In this document: piece after piece, positions 44,540 to 54,551 of the stretch | Position numbering within the stretch: position 1 is the first letter of the stretch | Layout: each line of letters starts with the position of its first letter | Assembly (NCBI GenBank): GCA_028875345.1 | Contig: JAPPEG010000041.1 | Span: 874-64,873, forward strand | Length of the DNA stretch: 64,000 nucleotides | Direction: 5' to 3' | Source: Gemmatimonadota bacterium | GTDB lineage: Bacteria; Latescibacterota; UBA2968; UBA8231 | Translations under genes and position numbers: made by a program | The notes under the pieces: generated by a model | Told to the model about the DNA's origin: nothing | The model's input: the letters and a program-made list of their open reading frames with translations, nothing else | Database searches by the model: none

Positions 44540-46324
44540 TCAAGAGCTTTGTTGGGCCGCGACCGCTTGGCGCTCTTGATTGAGCGCGACGAGTTCGGCG
44601 CTGAGGCGTGCAATTTCGCCGTCGTCGGATGCCGTTGCGAGAGCCTGACGTGCGTTGTCGATGCGCTTTTGCAGCGCATTTTTCTGAAAGTAAAGCAAAT
44701 AGTCGCGCCATTGCCGCTCGACTTGTTCCTCGTCAAAACCTTGGGCCGCGCATTGGGCGGCTAGGCGTGCGAGTGCGTCGTCCTCTAACTCGCTGATGAT
44801 CATGCCAAGGTCGATGGCTTTGCCGTGGGCATGGTGGTCGAAGAGGGTACGACACAGGGCTTGAGTGCGGGAGTCGCTTAGGGAGTCGGGGGCGAATCCC
44901 TGGATAGTTTGGGGGATGAATTGCGGGAAGTTGAGCAACAGCCCGATGAACTCGAGCTCGTGGCGCGGTGGCGCGGGCGTGGCTATCGGGGATGGCTCGG
45001 CAACTGCCTTGCGCGGTTGTTGGGGACGGCGGATGGAGGCTTGCAGATCGTGGCGCAGGGATTGCTCATCAACCGAGAGGCGCTCGGCGACTTCCCGCAG
45101 CAGTAGGTCGCGGCGGACCGCATCGCGGGGCTTGGCTAGGAGAGGTTTGAGCCTTTCGACAGCACGCGCTTTGCCTTCGACGCTGGAGAGATCGTGCTGC
45201 TTCGCGAGTTGTTTGAGGTAGAAATCGAGAACCGATTGGGCATTTTCGGCTCGTTTGAGCAGCGCGTCCGAACCGTGCGTTTGGACGAAGGTATCGGGAT
45301 CGTGCTCGGAGGGCAGCGAGACGACGCGAGCGTCTAGGCCAGTACCTAGGAGAGCTTCGCAGGCTCGCATGGCGGCTGTGGAGCCGGCCGCGTCGCCGTC
45401 GAATAGCAGCACGACTTGGCGGGCGTAACGAGCCAACAGGCGGCAGTGGTCCTCGGTCAGGGCCGTGCCGGAGGTGGCGACTACGTGCTGGATGTCAGCT
45501 TGCGCTAGGCTGATGAGGTCCATGTAGCCTTCGACGATTAGTGCAGCATCTTGGCGGCGAATGGCGTTGCGGGTGTCGGCTAGGCCGTAGAGCACCCGAC
45601 CCTTGTGGTAGATGGGTGTCTCGGGCGAGTTGAGGTACTTGGGCTCTTGGTCGGGCTGGAGGGCGCGGGCACCAAAGGCGATAGTCCGATCAGAGAGATT
45701 GGCAATGGGAAAGGCGATCCGGTCGCGAAAGCGATCGTAGTGGCCGCTGCCTGTGGAACGCGGCAGAGCCAACCCGGCCCGCTCCAAGATTTGGGGACTC
45801 AAGCCTCGGCGACCGGCTACTTTGAGCAAGGCGTCCCACTCCGGCGGCGCATAGCCCAAGCCGAAGCGCTCGATGGTTTCGCCTGAGAGGCGGCGGGTCT
45901 GTAGATACGTGCGGGCACTAGCGCCAACATCGTCGTTGAGCAACAGATGGCGAAAGTATTTTTGCGCTAGGTCGTTGGCCCGGTAGAGGTTATCGGCGGC
46001 CTCGGTCTCTTCACGCGATGGACCCGAACGCTCGGGTAAGGCGACGCCAGCGCGATCGGCGAGGAATTTGACCGCTTCGACAAAAGTAACGCGGTCAATC
46101 TCTTGGATGAACTTGAATACATTACCCCCGACGCCACAGCCGAAGCAGTGGTAGAATTGGCGGTCGGGGTCAACGCTAAAAGAGGGAGTTTTTTCGTCGT
46201 GAAAAGGGCAGAGGCCGGAGTAGTTGCGGCCCTTCTTGACGAGCTGGACGTGTTCGGAGATCAAGTCGACGATGTCGGTGGCGTCGCGGATGCGTTGGAG
46301 GATGTCTTCGGGGATGCGTGGCAT
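44540..46324 (-). CDS. dnaG: DNA primase
   Basis: 594 aa. Zinc finger CPFHDEKTPSFSV...CFGCG and a TOPRIM region (EGYMD). Confidence 0.95.
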   Translation of the reverse strand: MPRIPEDILQRIRDATDIVDLISEHVQLVKKGRNYSGLCPFHDEKTPSFSVDPDRQFYHCFGCGVGGNVFKFIQEIDRVTFVEAVKFLADRAGVALPERSGPSREETEAADNLYRANDLAQKYFRHLLLNDDVGASARTYLQTRRLSGETIERFGLGYAPPEWDALLKVAGRRGLSPQILERAGLALPRSTGSGHYDRFRDRIAFPIANLSDRTIAFGARALQPDQEPKYLNSPETPIYHKGRVLYGLADTRNAIRRQDAALIVEGYMDLISLAQADIQHVVATSGTALTEDHCRLLARYARQVVLLFDGDAAGSTAAMRACEALLGTGLDARVVSLPSEHDPDTFVQTHGSDALLKRAENAQSVLDFYLKQLAKQHDLSSVEGKARAVERLKPLLAKPRDAVRRDLLLREVAERLSVDEQSLRHDLQASIRRPQQPRKAVAEPSPIATPAPPRHELEFIGLLLNFPQFIPQTIQGFAPDSLSDSRTQALCRTLFDHHAHGKAIDLGMIISELEDDALARLAAQCAAQGFDEEQVERQWRDYLLYFQKNALQKRIDNARQALATASDDGEIARLSAELVALNQERQAVAAQQSS

Positions 46325-46433
46325 TGCTAGCAGGGGGCTTTTTCTCTATATTAACAGCGCTATTGAGCAAGATATGGCGGCCCATTAACCGGGTCAAGAA
46401 AGTCCATTAGCGACGCTAATTTGCGTTAATTCC

Positions 46434-46462
46434 TTGAGTTTACAGCGAACTGTTGGTATTAT
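46434..46462 (+). promoter_or_regulatory. candidate sigma70-type promoter TTGAGT-17-TATTAT for the Fn3-dockerin gene pair
   Basis: Hexamers at 46434-46439 and 46457-46462. An AGGAGGAG RBS precedes the ATG at 46546. Confidence 0.3.
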
Positions 46463-46545
46463 TGGTAAGTTAAACGCTTATTTATGGCCTATACTGGGGC
46501 CAAATCAAAATTTTGACCCATTGAGGTAAGAGGAGGAGATCAGAT

Positions 46546-47211
46546 ATGTCGAAAGGCATAAAGGGAGCTATCGCGAGTTTGGCCTTGTTGGGACTCGGCG
46601 TTTTTCTGTGCGCGAGTCCGGCTGCAGCGCAGTTGGCGGTCTCTGGGTCTACGGCGGATACAGACGATCTTGCACCTAGTCCTGTCGGCGCAGTACAGGC
46701 TGAGTTCAACGAAGGTGGAAGGAGCATCACCGTCACTTGGCCCTTGTCCGACGACGATGGCGTGCGCCAGGTCCCGACGAGTAGCGACTTTACGACGGGC
46801 GGCACCTTTAGAGAAGTCAACGATGTGGCTGGTTACAATATATGGCGTCGTCTCGCCGATGGCTCCGGCAGCTTGGCAATAGTCGGCACCGTTGGTGCCG
46901 GCGTGACATCCTTGGTTGATGCCTCGATCAACGTGAGCCAAGGGAGTAGGCGGTACTTCTACATGGTCTCGGTCGTCGATGAAACTGGCAACGAGAGCGC
47001 TCCTATCGAGTCTGCCGAAGTCAGGAACATGTTGCTCCTCGGCGACTTCGACTATAATGGCAAGGTGAACCTTTTAGACTACGGCATTTTTCAAAGGAAC
47101 TTCGGCCAAGCCGAATTCGATCCAGTCACAGATCTCGACGGCAATGGCATGGTTGATCTCGATGACTTTTTCCTTTGGGCCGATAACCTCGGTGCTAATT
47201 TGTACGAGTAG
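46546..47211 (+). CDS. secreted Fn3-like protein with C-terminal dockerin-type (EF-hand pair) module
   Basis: Signal peptide ...CASPAAAQ. Fn3-like core (SITVTWPLSDDDG...GYNIWRR...YFYMVSVVDETGNES). Dockerin segments GDFDYNGKVNLLDY and DLDGNGMVDLDDF. Confidence 0.7.
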   Translation: MSKGIKGAIASLALLGLGVFLCASPAAAQLAVSGSTADTDDLAPSPVGAVQAEFNEGGRSITVTWPLSDDDGVRQVPTSSDFTTGGTFREVNDVAGYNIWRRLADGSGSLAIVGTVGAGVTSLVDASINVSQGSRRYFYMVSVVDETGNESAPIESAEVRNMLLLGDFDYNGKVNLLDYGIFQRNFGQAEFDPVTDLDGNGMVDLDDFFLWADNLGANLYE

Positions 47212-47265
47212 GTACCGGCCGCAATATGGCTTTGTATTTCATCTTTTTACAAGGAGTATAGTTCG

Positions 47266-47949
47266 ATGAAAGGGTATATTCGCATCGTCGCACTAGCTGC
47301 TTTTTGCGCAGTTCCCGCGGCCGCTCAGTTGACCACCTCTGAGCCCGTAGCTTCCGTCGATAATATTCCTCCTGCACCTGTGACTAACCTACAAGCCACA
47401 GCCAGTGATGCTTCATCCGTGTCGCTCTCTTGGACGCTATCAGCAGATGACGCTCGTTCGTTTACGACCTTTGGTAGTCAGGTGGTGCCCAGGGGTGACA
47501 TACACGGCTATCGCGTGTATCGCACGGATTACTTCCCACCCGTGGACGATAGCGGCGAGATAGTACTTGGCTGGTTTACGCGCGAGGGGAATAAGGTTGA
47601 CTTTGACGACTTCTTCCTCTTGGCTGATCGCTTCGGCTCTTCTGACGCTGGTGGGGATTTTGAGTTGTTCTTCGACATAGTGCCCAATGGCCAAATTGAT
47701 GTCGATGATTTTCTGCGCTTCGCCGATGATTTCGGCAAGGCCGTAACTCAGGAACAGGGCAGCGAAAGGTTGGTTGCCACGCTGGGGGCAGGTGTCTCCG
47801 AATTCGTCGATAATGACGTCGTCAGTGGGGCCTCCTATATCTATGACGTGCGAGCCTTTGACAGCGACAACGAAACGGGCGTTGTCGCACCTTTTGCTTC
47901 CAATGAAGATGTAGCTCGGATGGCGATGTCCGTTGGTGTCGATCAATAA
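47266..47949 (+). CDS. secreted Fn3-like paralogue with a dockerin-like module inserted inside the Fn3 domain
   Basis: Signal peptide ...AVPAAAQ. The Fn3 halves (SVSLSWTLSADD...GYRVYRT and RLVATLGAGVSEFVDNDV...YIYDVRAFDSDNETG) are separated by GNKVDFDDFFLLADRFG...DIVPNGQIDVDDFLRFADDFG. Confidence 0.7.
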   Translation: MKGYIRIVALAAFCAVPAAAQLTTSEPVASVDNIPPAPVTNLQATASDASSVSLSWTLSADDARSFTTFGSQVVPRGDIHGYRVYRTDYFPPVDDSGEIVLGWFTREGNKVDFDDFFLLADRFGSSDAGGDFELFFDIVPNGQIDVDDFLRFADDFGKAVTQEQGSERLVATLGAGVSEFVDNDVVSGASYIYDVRAFDSDNETGVVAPFASNEDVARMAMSVGVDQ

Positions 47950-47978
47950 GGGCACGAGAAGTTACAAGTTGCAGAGAC

Positions 47979-48015
47979 AGGACGCCTGCTCAACTAGCGG
48001 GCGTCTTATTTTTTT
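47979..48015 (+). terminator. intrinsic terminator after the Fn3-dockerin pair
   Basis: 12-bp stem (47979-47990 / 47996-48007, with two G-U pairs), a 5-nt loop, then ATTTTTTTATT. Confidence 0.8.
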
Positions 48016-48028
48016 ATTCTAGTACGCC

Positions 48029-48057
48029 TTGACAAACAAAGATATTATCTGTATCCT
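48029..48057 (+). promoter_or_regulatory. candidate sigma70-type promoter of rho (TTGACA-17-TATCCT)
   Basis: Hexamers at 48029-48034 and 48052-48057. Confidence 0.4.
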
Positions 48058-48370
48058 TTAATCTCTTTCGCATCTCTCCTTTTCCAATTAAATACCTCAG
48101 CGGTTTTATTCCGCTTGAAATTCCACTCTCCTTTTAGATATTCTTCGCGATAGACTTTCTGTAGCTATTAAAGAATTTTGCCAAGGTACGGCATACCTTA
48201 GGTAGGTTTTTAGTGTTTTTAGCAGTACTACCGCATGTACTCCAATCCTCGTAATAGCTCTAGGTGCTTACCGTGCCGTAGCGCACTCGAATATTCCCTT
48301 TGTATTCCTGTACTCTAACCGCAAGAAAGGTTGCAAGGAAGAGATGCCGCCTCTCAATAGAACGCAGAAA
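48058..48370 (+). promoter_or_regulatory. ~300-nt untranslated, C-rich/G-poor leader of rho (candidate rut/autoattenuation region)
   Basis: No credible ORF. Hand count of the first ~100 nt gives about 26 C versus 9 G, in a genome where G and C are otherwise balanced. Confidence 0.35.
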
Positions 48371-49618
48371 ATGAATATTGTCGAACTCCAGCGCATGAAC
48401 ATCTTGGATCTCCAAGAGCTAGCCAAGAAGTTGGAGGTTGTAGATTGCACCTCTTTGCGCAAGCAGGAGTTGATCTTCTCCATCCTCAAGCACCAGACCG
48501 AGCGCAGTGGGCTGATCTTTGCTCAAGGTACTTTGGAGGTGCTGGACGAGGGGTTCGGCTTTCTCCGCTCGCCGAGCTATAACTACTTACCTGGTCCTGA
48601 CGACATTTACGTTTCTCATTCGCAGATTAAGCGGTTTAGCCTGCGCACGGGCGATACGATCTCCGGTCAGATCCGCCCACCGAAAAACGACGAGAAGTAC
48701 TTTGCGCTGCTGCGAGTCGAGGCAATTAACTTCGACGACCCAGAAGTCACCAAGAACAAGACGATCTTTGAAAATCTGACGGCCTTGCATCCCACGGATC
48801 GCTTCAAGTTAGAGCACAATCCCAAGGACATGACGACGCGGATTCTCGACTTGCTCTCGCCCATCGGCAAAGGGCAGCGCGGCCTAATCGTCGCGCCGCC
48901 CTTCACTGGTAAAACCATGCTGCTGCAAAAGGTCGCCAACGCCATTACCACCAATCATCCCGAAGCGATTCTCATCGTCTTGCTCATTGATGAGCGCCCC
49001 GAGGAAGTCACCGATATGCTGCGTTCGGTGCAGGGCGAAGTCGTCAGTTCGACCTTTGACGAGTCGGCTACGCGGCACGTGCAGGTGGCGGATATGGTGA
49101 TCGAGAAGGCTCGGCGTCTAGTCGAGCACAAGCGGGATGTGATCATCCTGCTCGATAGCATCACGCGCTTGGCACGGGCCTACAATACAGTGACGCCGCA
49201 CTCGGGGCGGATCCTTACCGGCGGTGTTGACTCGACGGCTTTGCAGTGGCCGCGCCGCTTTTTCGCCGCCGCCCGCAATCTCGAAGAAGGCGGCAGCCTG
49301 ACGATTATCGCTACGGCCCTAGTAGAGACCGGAAGCCGCATGGACGAAGTGATCTTTGAAGAGTTCAAAGGCACGGGCAATATGCAGGTGCAGCTAGACC
49401 GCCGGCTGAGCAACCGCCGCGTCTATCCGGCCGTTGACGTGACGGCGACGAGCACCCGCAAAGAAGAGTTGCTACTCACGGAGTTTGAATTGAATCGCTC
49501 GTGGGTACTGCGCCGCATACTCAATCAGATGGGCGTCATTGAGGGCATGGAGTTCCTCCAAGAACGCATGCAGGGCACGGAATCCAACGAGGAATTTCTC
49601 AAGGCTATGAACGACTAG
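48371..49618 (+). CDS. rho: transcription termination factor Rho
   Basis: [22 protein letters not shown]-terminus, an RNA-binding domain, Walker A PPFTGKT, and a full-length Rho pattern. Confidence 0.95.
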   Translation: MNIVELQRMNILDLQELAKKLEVVDCTSLRKQELIFSILKHQTERSGLIFAQGTLEVLDEGFGFLRSPSYNYLPGPDDIYVSHSQIKRFSLRTGDTISGQIRPPKNDEKYFALLRVEAINFDDPEVTKNKTIFENLTALHPTDRFKLEHNPKDMTTRILDLLSPIGKGQRGLIVAPPFTGKTMLLQKVANAITTNHPEAILIVLLIDERPEEVTDMLRSVQGEVVSSTFDESATRHVQVADMVIEKARRLVEHKRDVIILLDSITRLARAYNTVTPHSGRILTGGVDSTALQWPRRFFAAARNLEEGGSLTIIATALVETGSRMDEVIFEEFKGTGNMQVQLDRRLSNRRVYPAVDVTATSTRKEELLLTEFELNRSWVLRRILNQMGVIEGMEFLQERMQGTESNEEFLKAMND

Positions 49619-49702
49619 TCGCCTTGTTTTTTGAGCTTCAAGCCTCTATTTTTATTGACTCAGTAGCGGATTTCACCGCCAAGAAAACAGAGGAGTGCAA
49701 AG

Positions 49703-49963
49703 GTGCAAAAAGACATGCATCCCCCGTACCAAACGGTTATCTTTCTCGACACTAGCTGTGACTACAAGATACTGTCGCGCTCGACGATGAAGTCCGAAGA
49801 GACGATGGAGTGGGAAGACGGGAATTCCTATCCGGTGATCCGACTCGAAATCAGCTCGGCTTCGCATCCTTTCTACACAGGCAAGCGCCAACAGATCATG
49901 GATCGAGGCGGCCGCATCGACCAGTTCAACCGCCGCTACGGCAAAAGCGAACAGCAAGCCTAG
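49703..49963 (+). CDS. rpmE2: 50S ribosomal protein L31, type B (zinc-independent form)
   Basis: 86 aa with a GTG start. Carries MQKDMHPPY...[15 protein letters not shown], and the CxxC pairs of type A are absent (only one Cys). Confidence 0.9.
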   Translation: MQKDMHPPYQTVIFLDTSCDYKILSRSTMKSEETMEWEDGNSYPVIRLEISSASHPFYTGKRQQIMDRGGRIDQFNRRYGKSEQQA

Positions 49964-50040
49964 CGATCCATTCCGCGCAAAGAGGTGATAGGACGCCCTC
50001 TCGAGGGTGATCGTATCGCCTTTTTCGTGTACGCGAGTCC

Positions 50041-50988
50041 ATGGACAGAGAACAGCTCACGCAAGATCTGCCAGTCGGCGGCCAAGCCGTCATCGAAGGG
50101 GTGATGATGCGCGTGCCCGGCAAAATCGTCACCGCGGTGCGGGCGGCTGACCACCAGATCGTGGTGCGCGAGGAAGCGTACGATCCTCTGGCGCAACGCT
50201 ATCGCCTGTTGGGTCTGCCCATATTACGCGGTGCCCTCTCTTTTTTTGAAATGATGCTCATTGGGCTGAAGGCCCTCAATTTCTCAGCCGACGTCGCCAG
50301 CCAGGAAGAGGGGCTGGTCGAGCAGCGGGAGGAGAGTTGGCGGGAGCAATTGGCCTTGTGGGCGACGATGATTTTTTCCGTGGGGCTGGGCGTGGGCCTG
50401 TTCTTCTTTTTGCCGCTGCTAGCTGCCCAGTTCTTGGGCTTGCAGGAGAACGCCTTCGAATTCAACCTAGTGGCTGGTGCGGTGCGGGCGACGCTTTTGA
50501 TCGTCTATCTTTGGGCGATAAGCCAGTGGCGCGAAATCCAGCGAGTTTTTCAATACCACGGTGCCGAGCACAAAAGCATCTTCACCTTAGAGGCCGGTGC
50601 CGAACTAACGGTGGCCGCGGCGCGGGGCTTTGGTCGGCTGCATCCGCGCTGCGGAACTAGCTTCATGCTGATCGTAGTGCTCTTTGCGATTTTGATCTTC
50701 GCCTGCGTAGATTCGCTATTCCCGCTCGTTTTTGGGCACACGCAGAGCCTTTTTGAGCGCTTTGCCACTCATTTTGCAGTCCTGCCCTTTATCGCGGGGA
50801 CGAGCTTTGAGTTGCTCAAATTCTCGGGTAAGAAGCGCAATGCCCCGCTGGTCCGGTTGCTGAGTACCCCAGGGCTGTGGTTGCAGCGCATTACGACCCG
50901 CGAGCCGGACGACGACCAGTTAGAGGTCGCCTTGTTCGCGTTGCGCCGCGCCCTAAATGAAGAAGTCGAGGCCAATCCATCGTGTTAG
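50041..50988 (+). CDS. DUF1385 domain-containing membrane protein
   Basis: 315 aa. [12 protein letters not shown] motif and a YHGAEHK motif. Conserved position between rpmE and prfA. Confidence 0.8.
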   Translation: MDREQLTQDLPVGGQAVIEGVMMRVPGKIVTAVRAADHQIVVREEAYDPLAQRYRLLGLPILRGALSFFEMMLIGLKALNFSADVASQEEGLVEQREESWREQLALWATMIFSVGLGVGLFFFLPLLAAQFLGLQENAFEFNLVAGAVRATLLIVYLWAISQWREIQRVFQYHGAEHKSIFTLEAGAELTVAAARGFGRLHPRCGTSFMLIVVLFAILIFACVDSLFPLVFGHTQSLFERFATHFAVLPFIAGTSFELLKFSGKKRNAPLVRLLSTPGLWLQRITTREPDDDQLEVALFALRRALNEEVEANPSC

Positions 50989-52049
50989 ATAAATTGAACG
51001 AATACGAGCAGCGCTACGAGGAGCTAAGTGAGCTTATGGCCGATCAGGCCACCAGCCAAAACCCGGCTCAGTATCAGAAGCTGGCGCGGGAAATGGGCGA
51101 CTTGCAGGAGGTGGTGGCTTTGGCAGGCCAGTACCGCGCCGCGCTGGAACAGCTTGCAGAGGCTGAGGAAATCATCGCCGATGGCAGCGATGCAGAGCTA
51201 GTCGAATTGGCCGCGGCCGAGCGAGACCAACTAAAAGGAAAAGTAGCGCAACTAGAGGAAACACTTAAAGTGCTGCTGATTCCCAAAGACCCCAACGACA
51301 GCCGCAATGCCATCGTCGAGATCCGCGCCGGCACCGGCGGCGATGAGGCTGGGCTTTTTGCCAGCGACCTGTACCGCATGTACCACCGCTTCGCCGAGCG
51401 CAAGGGTTTGAAAACCGAGGAGCTTTCGGCCAGTCAAAATCCGGCTGGCGGCTTTAAGGAGGTGGTGTTCGTGGTCTCGGGTACGGATGCCTTCGGCCAG
51501 CTCAAGTTCGAGAGCGGGGTACACCGCGTGCAACGGGTTCCCAAGACCGAGGCCTCGGGCCGGATTCACACATCGGCGGCCTCGGTGGCGGTTTTGCCCG
51601 AAGCCGAGGAAGTGGAGGTGGAGATCGCTCCCGACGATTTGAAAATCGAAGTGTACCGCTCCAGCGGGCCTGGCGGCCAGAGCGTCAACACCACGGATTC
51701 GGCCGTGAAAATCACCCATATCCCAACGGGTATTGTCGTCTCCTGCCAAGACGAGAAGTCGCAGCTAAAAAACAAGAACAAGGCATTAAAGGTTCTCCGC
51801 GCCCGGCTCTACGATAAACTGCAGGCCGAGCAAAAGGCCGAGCGCGACGCCGCCCGCGCCGGTCAGATCGGCTCCGGCGACCGCAGCGCGAAAATTCGCA
51901 CCTACAACTTCCCGCAGGGCCGAGTTACCGATCACCGCATTGGCTTGTCCCTCTACCGCCTAGAGGAAATCCTCGATGGTGATTTTGAAAAATTCGTCGA
52001 GCAGTTGGCCCTCGCATCGCAGCAGGACGCGCTAGCGGCAGACCAATGA
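50982..52049 (+). CDS. prfA: peptide chain release factor 1
   Basis: 355 aa with a GTG start. Carries the GGQ motif [16 protein letters not shown]; RF1-type overall by full-length similarity. Confidence 0.95.
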   Translation: MLDKLNEYEQRYEELSELMADQATSQNPAQYQKLAREMGDLQEVVALAGQYRAALEQLAEAEEIIADGSDAELVELAAAERDQLKGKVAQLEETLKVLLIPKDPNDSRNAIVEIRAGTGGDEAGLFASDLYRMYHRFAERKGLKTEELSASQNPAGGFKEVVFVVSGTDAFGQLKFESGVHRVQRVPKTEASGRIHTSAASVAVLPEAEEVEVEIAPDDLKIEVYRSSGPGGQSVNTTDSAVKITHIPTGIVVSCQDEKSQLKNKNKALKVLRARLYDKLQAEQKAERDAARAGQIGSGDRSAKIRTYNFPQGRVTDHRIGLSLYRLEEILDGDFEKFVEQLALASQQDALAADQ

Positions 52050-52918
52050 GCGGACGCTCTTGGCGGCTGCTCGATATCCTCGAAAACACGAGCCGTTTTT
52101 TCGCGTCAAAGGGGTTGGAAAACGCCCGCCTACAAGCCGAGTTGCTGCTCGCTGCGGTGCTAGGTGTTAACCGCCTCGATCTCTACCTGCAATTTGAACG
52201 CCCCTTGCACCGCAGTGAAGTGGATCGCTACCGGGAATACGTGCGACAGCGGTTGCAGCGCGTGCCCGTGCAGTACATCACGGGCGTGGCCGCCTTTCGC
52301 CATCTAGAGTTGACCGTGACGCCCGCGGTGTTGATCCCGCGCCCTGAGACCGAAGTGCTCGTCGATGTGGCCTTGGATCTTTTGCCCGAGGGCGGTCGGG
52401 TCCTCGACCTGTGTTGCGGCTCTGGCGCGGTCGCCCTGTCGCTGGCCCAAGAGGCGGCAGCGGCCGAGGTGGTCGCGGCTGACGTATCGGCTGCTGCTTT
52501 AGAAGTGGCGAAGGCCAACGGCCAGCGCTGCGGGCTAGCCGAGCGCGTCGAGTGGCACTGCGGCGATTTGTTCGCACCTTTCCGCGGTACCGAGCCTTTT
52601 GACCTCGTCGCGGCTAACCCACCGTATGTGCGCCGCAGCGACTTGGCGCAACTCGCGCCGGAAGTGCGCGACTACGAGCCGCATCTCGCGTTGGATGGAG
52701 GCGAGGACGGCTTGGCGTACTATCGGCGCATCGCGCAGGAGGCTGCGGACTTTATTCGCCCCGGAGGTCATCTGCTGCTAGAGGTAGGAGACGGCCAAAG
52801 CGCGGTCGTGGAGGGCCTACTTGCGCGGTCTGCACGCTTGACTGAGGTTCAGATAAGACCGGACTTAAACCAGATTCTCCGAGTCGTTGTCGCACGTGCG
52901 GCTACTCAGACGAGTTGA
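52046..52918 (+). CDS. prmC: release factor glutamine N5-methyltransferase
   Basis: 290 aa with an ATGA overlap with prfA. SAM motif [10 protein letters not shown] and the NPPY motif (VAANPPYV). Confidence 0.9.
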   Translation: MSGRSWRLLDILENTSRFFASKGLENARLQAELLLAAVLGVNRLDLYLQFERPLHRSEVDRYREYVRQRLQRVPVQYITGVAAFRHLELTVTPAVLIPRPETEVLVDVALDLLPEGGRVLDLCCGSGAVALSLAQEAAAAEVVAADVSAAALEVAKANGQRCGLAERVEWHCGDLFAPFRGTEPFDLVAANPPYVRRSDLAQLAPEVRDYEPHLALDGGEDGLAYYRRIAQEAADFIRPGGHLLLEVGDGQSAVVEGLLARSARLTEVQIRPDLNQILRVVVARAATQTS

Positions 52919-52921
52919 GGC

Positions 52922-54295
52922 ATGGCCAAGAAGAACCGTTCCGCTTACGTCTGCCAGTCCTGCGGCCACAGTGCTGCGCGCTGGTTTGGGCGCTGTGTGG
53001 CTTGCGGCGAGTGGAACACCTGCGTCGAAGAGCGGCCCCAAGCACCCGACAGTCGGCGCGAACATCTAACGGTATCGCCCCGCTCCCAATTGCTGCCGAT
53101 TACCCAAGTCGATGACCAAGACCACGAGCGGCTGCAAATCGGCATTTCCGAATTCGACCGGGTCTTGGGCGGCGGCATCATGCCCGGTTCGGTCGTCCTA
53201 GTCGGCGGCGATCCCGGCATTGGCAAATCGACGCTCCTGTTGCAGATGGCCGGACAGCTAGCGGCCTCTGATTTTCGCATCGCGTACATTTCCGCCGAGG
53301 AGTCGGCCGCGCAGATTCGCCTGCGCGCCGGCCGCTTAGGCGCGTTGTGCGAAAGCCTGCACGTGATGGCCGAGACCAGCCTCACGGCCATTCTCGACCA
53401 GTTGCAATCCGCCAGTCCACTGGCCATCATCATCGACTCGATCCAGACCATTTACATGCCCGAGCTGGAGAGCGCGCCCGGCAGCGTGACCCAAGTGCGC
53501 GAATGCGCTGCGCGGCTCGTCTATTTGGCCAAAGAGAGCGGCATTCCCACGTTTTTAGTGGGGCACGTGACCAAAGAGGGCACGGTCGCCGGGCCGCGAG
53601 TACTGGAGCACTTAGTCGATACCGTGCTCTATTTAGAGGGTGAGCGGCACCACCACTTCCGCATCCTGCGCGCCGCCAAAAATCGCTTTGGTTCGACCAA
53701 CGAGATCGGGATTTTTGAGATGCGAGACCAAGGGCTAATCGAGGTCACCAATCCCTCCAAAATTCTGCTGGCCGAGCGCGCTGAGGGCGTGTCGGGTTCG
53801 GCCATCGTCTGTAGTATGGAGGGCACGCGACCGCTCTTGATCGAAATTCAGGCCCTCGTCTCGCGCTCTAGTTTTGGTTATCCGCAACGGGTTGCCACCG
53901 GCATCGACGCCAAGCGGCTCTCGATTATTATCGCAGTACTCGAAAAGCGTTGTGGTCACGACCTGTCGAGCGAGGATATTTTCGTCAATGTCGTAGGGGG
54001 CATTCGCCTCGACGAGCCGGCAGTGGATATGGGGGTGGGGCTGGCGATTGTGTCGAGCTTTCGCAACAAGCCAATTGACGCGCAGACCGTGGCCATTGGC
54101 GAGATTGGGTTAGGGGGAGAGATCCGGCCGGTGAACCAGATTGACCGGCGGGTGGCCGAGGCGCGGAGTTTGGGGTTTGAGCAGTGTTTGGTGGCGCGGA
54201 GCAACCTGCAGGGGTGGAAGCGACCGGAGGGGATGGAGGTGGTAGGGGTAGGGGGTATGGAGGCAGTCGAAGCGCTCGCTTTTGGCTTAAGCTAG
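52922..54295 (+). CDS. radA: DNA repair protein RadA (Sms)
   Basis: 457 aa. Zinc ribbon CQSCGH...CVACGEWNT, Walker A GGDPGIGKST, a KNRFG motif and a Lon-like C-terminal domain. Confidence 0.95.
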   Translation: MAKKNRSAYVCQSCGHSAARWFGRCVACGEWNTCVEERPQAPDSRREHLTVSPRSQLLPITQVDDQDHERLQIGISEFDRVLGGGIMPGSVVLVGGDPGIGKSTLLLQMAGQLAASDFRIAYISAEESAAQIRLRAGRLGALCESLHVMAETSLTAILDQLQSASPLAIIIDSIQTIYMPELESAPGSVTQVRECAARLVYLAKESGIPTFLVGHVTKEGTVAGPRVLEHLVDTVLYLEGERHHHFRILRAAKNRFGSTNEIGIFEMRDQGLIEVTNPSKILLAERAEGVSGSAIVCSMEGTRPLLIEIQALVSRSSFGYPQRVATGIDAKRLSIIIAVLEKRCGHDLSSEDIFVNVVGGIRLDEPAVDMGVGLAIVSSFRNKPIDAQTVAIGEIGLGGEIRPVNQIDRRVAEARSLGFEQCLVARSNLQGWKRPEGMEVVGVGGMEAVEALAFGLS

Positions 54296-54467
54296 CCCCT
54301 TTTCTTCACAGCGCTGTTTCGCGCAGTTGCCAATTTTTGCTTTTCGCATCTTTCTTCTCCTTTTTCTAACATATTATTAAACAATAAATTGCGCATTTTT
54401 CTGCCGCTTGGCACAGTATTTGTTATAAGTAGGTAGAGCAGTTTAATCTGCTTCAATGAAAAAATGC

Positions 54468-54496
54468 TTGACACCTGAACATTGATTCACTATTTT
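54468..54496 (+). promoter_or_regulatory. candidate sigma70-type promoter of recA (TTGACA-17-TATTTT)
   Basis: Hexamers at 54468-54473 and 54491-54496. Confidence 0.4.
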
Positions 54497-54508
54497 TTTG
54501 TTCAGGTG
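54472..54508. promoter_or_regulatory. 10-bp perfect inverted repeat CACCTGAACA-N17-TGTTCAGGTG overlapping the recA promoter (candidate operator)
   Basis: Arms are 54472-54481 and 54499-54508, read directly from the sequence. They carry GAAC and GTTC cores. Confidence 0.35.
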
Positions 54509-54551
54509 GCGGTGTTAATGAACGTCTCATAGAACGCGCGAGGAGGAAATC

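Noticed and set aside
54408-54424. Sigma54-like element TGGCAC-N5-TTGT upstream of recA.
   Set aside because: The -12 element is TTGT rather than TTGC. No enhancer-binding-protein gene is nearby. The same bases are better explained as part of the TGTTATAAG extended -10-like element, and recA is not a typical sigma54 target.
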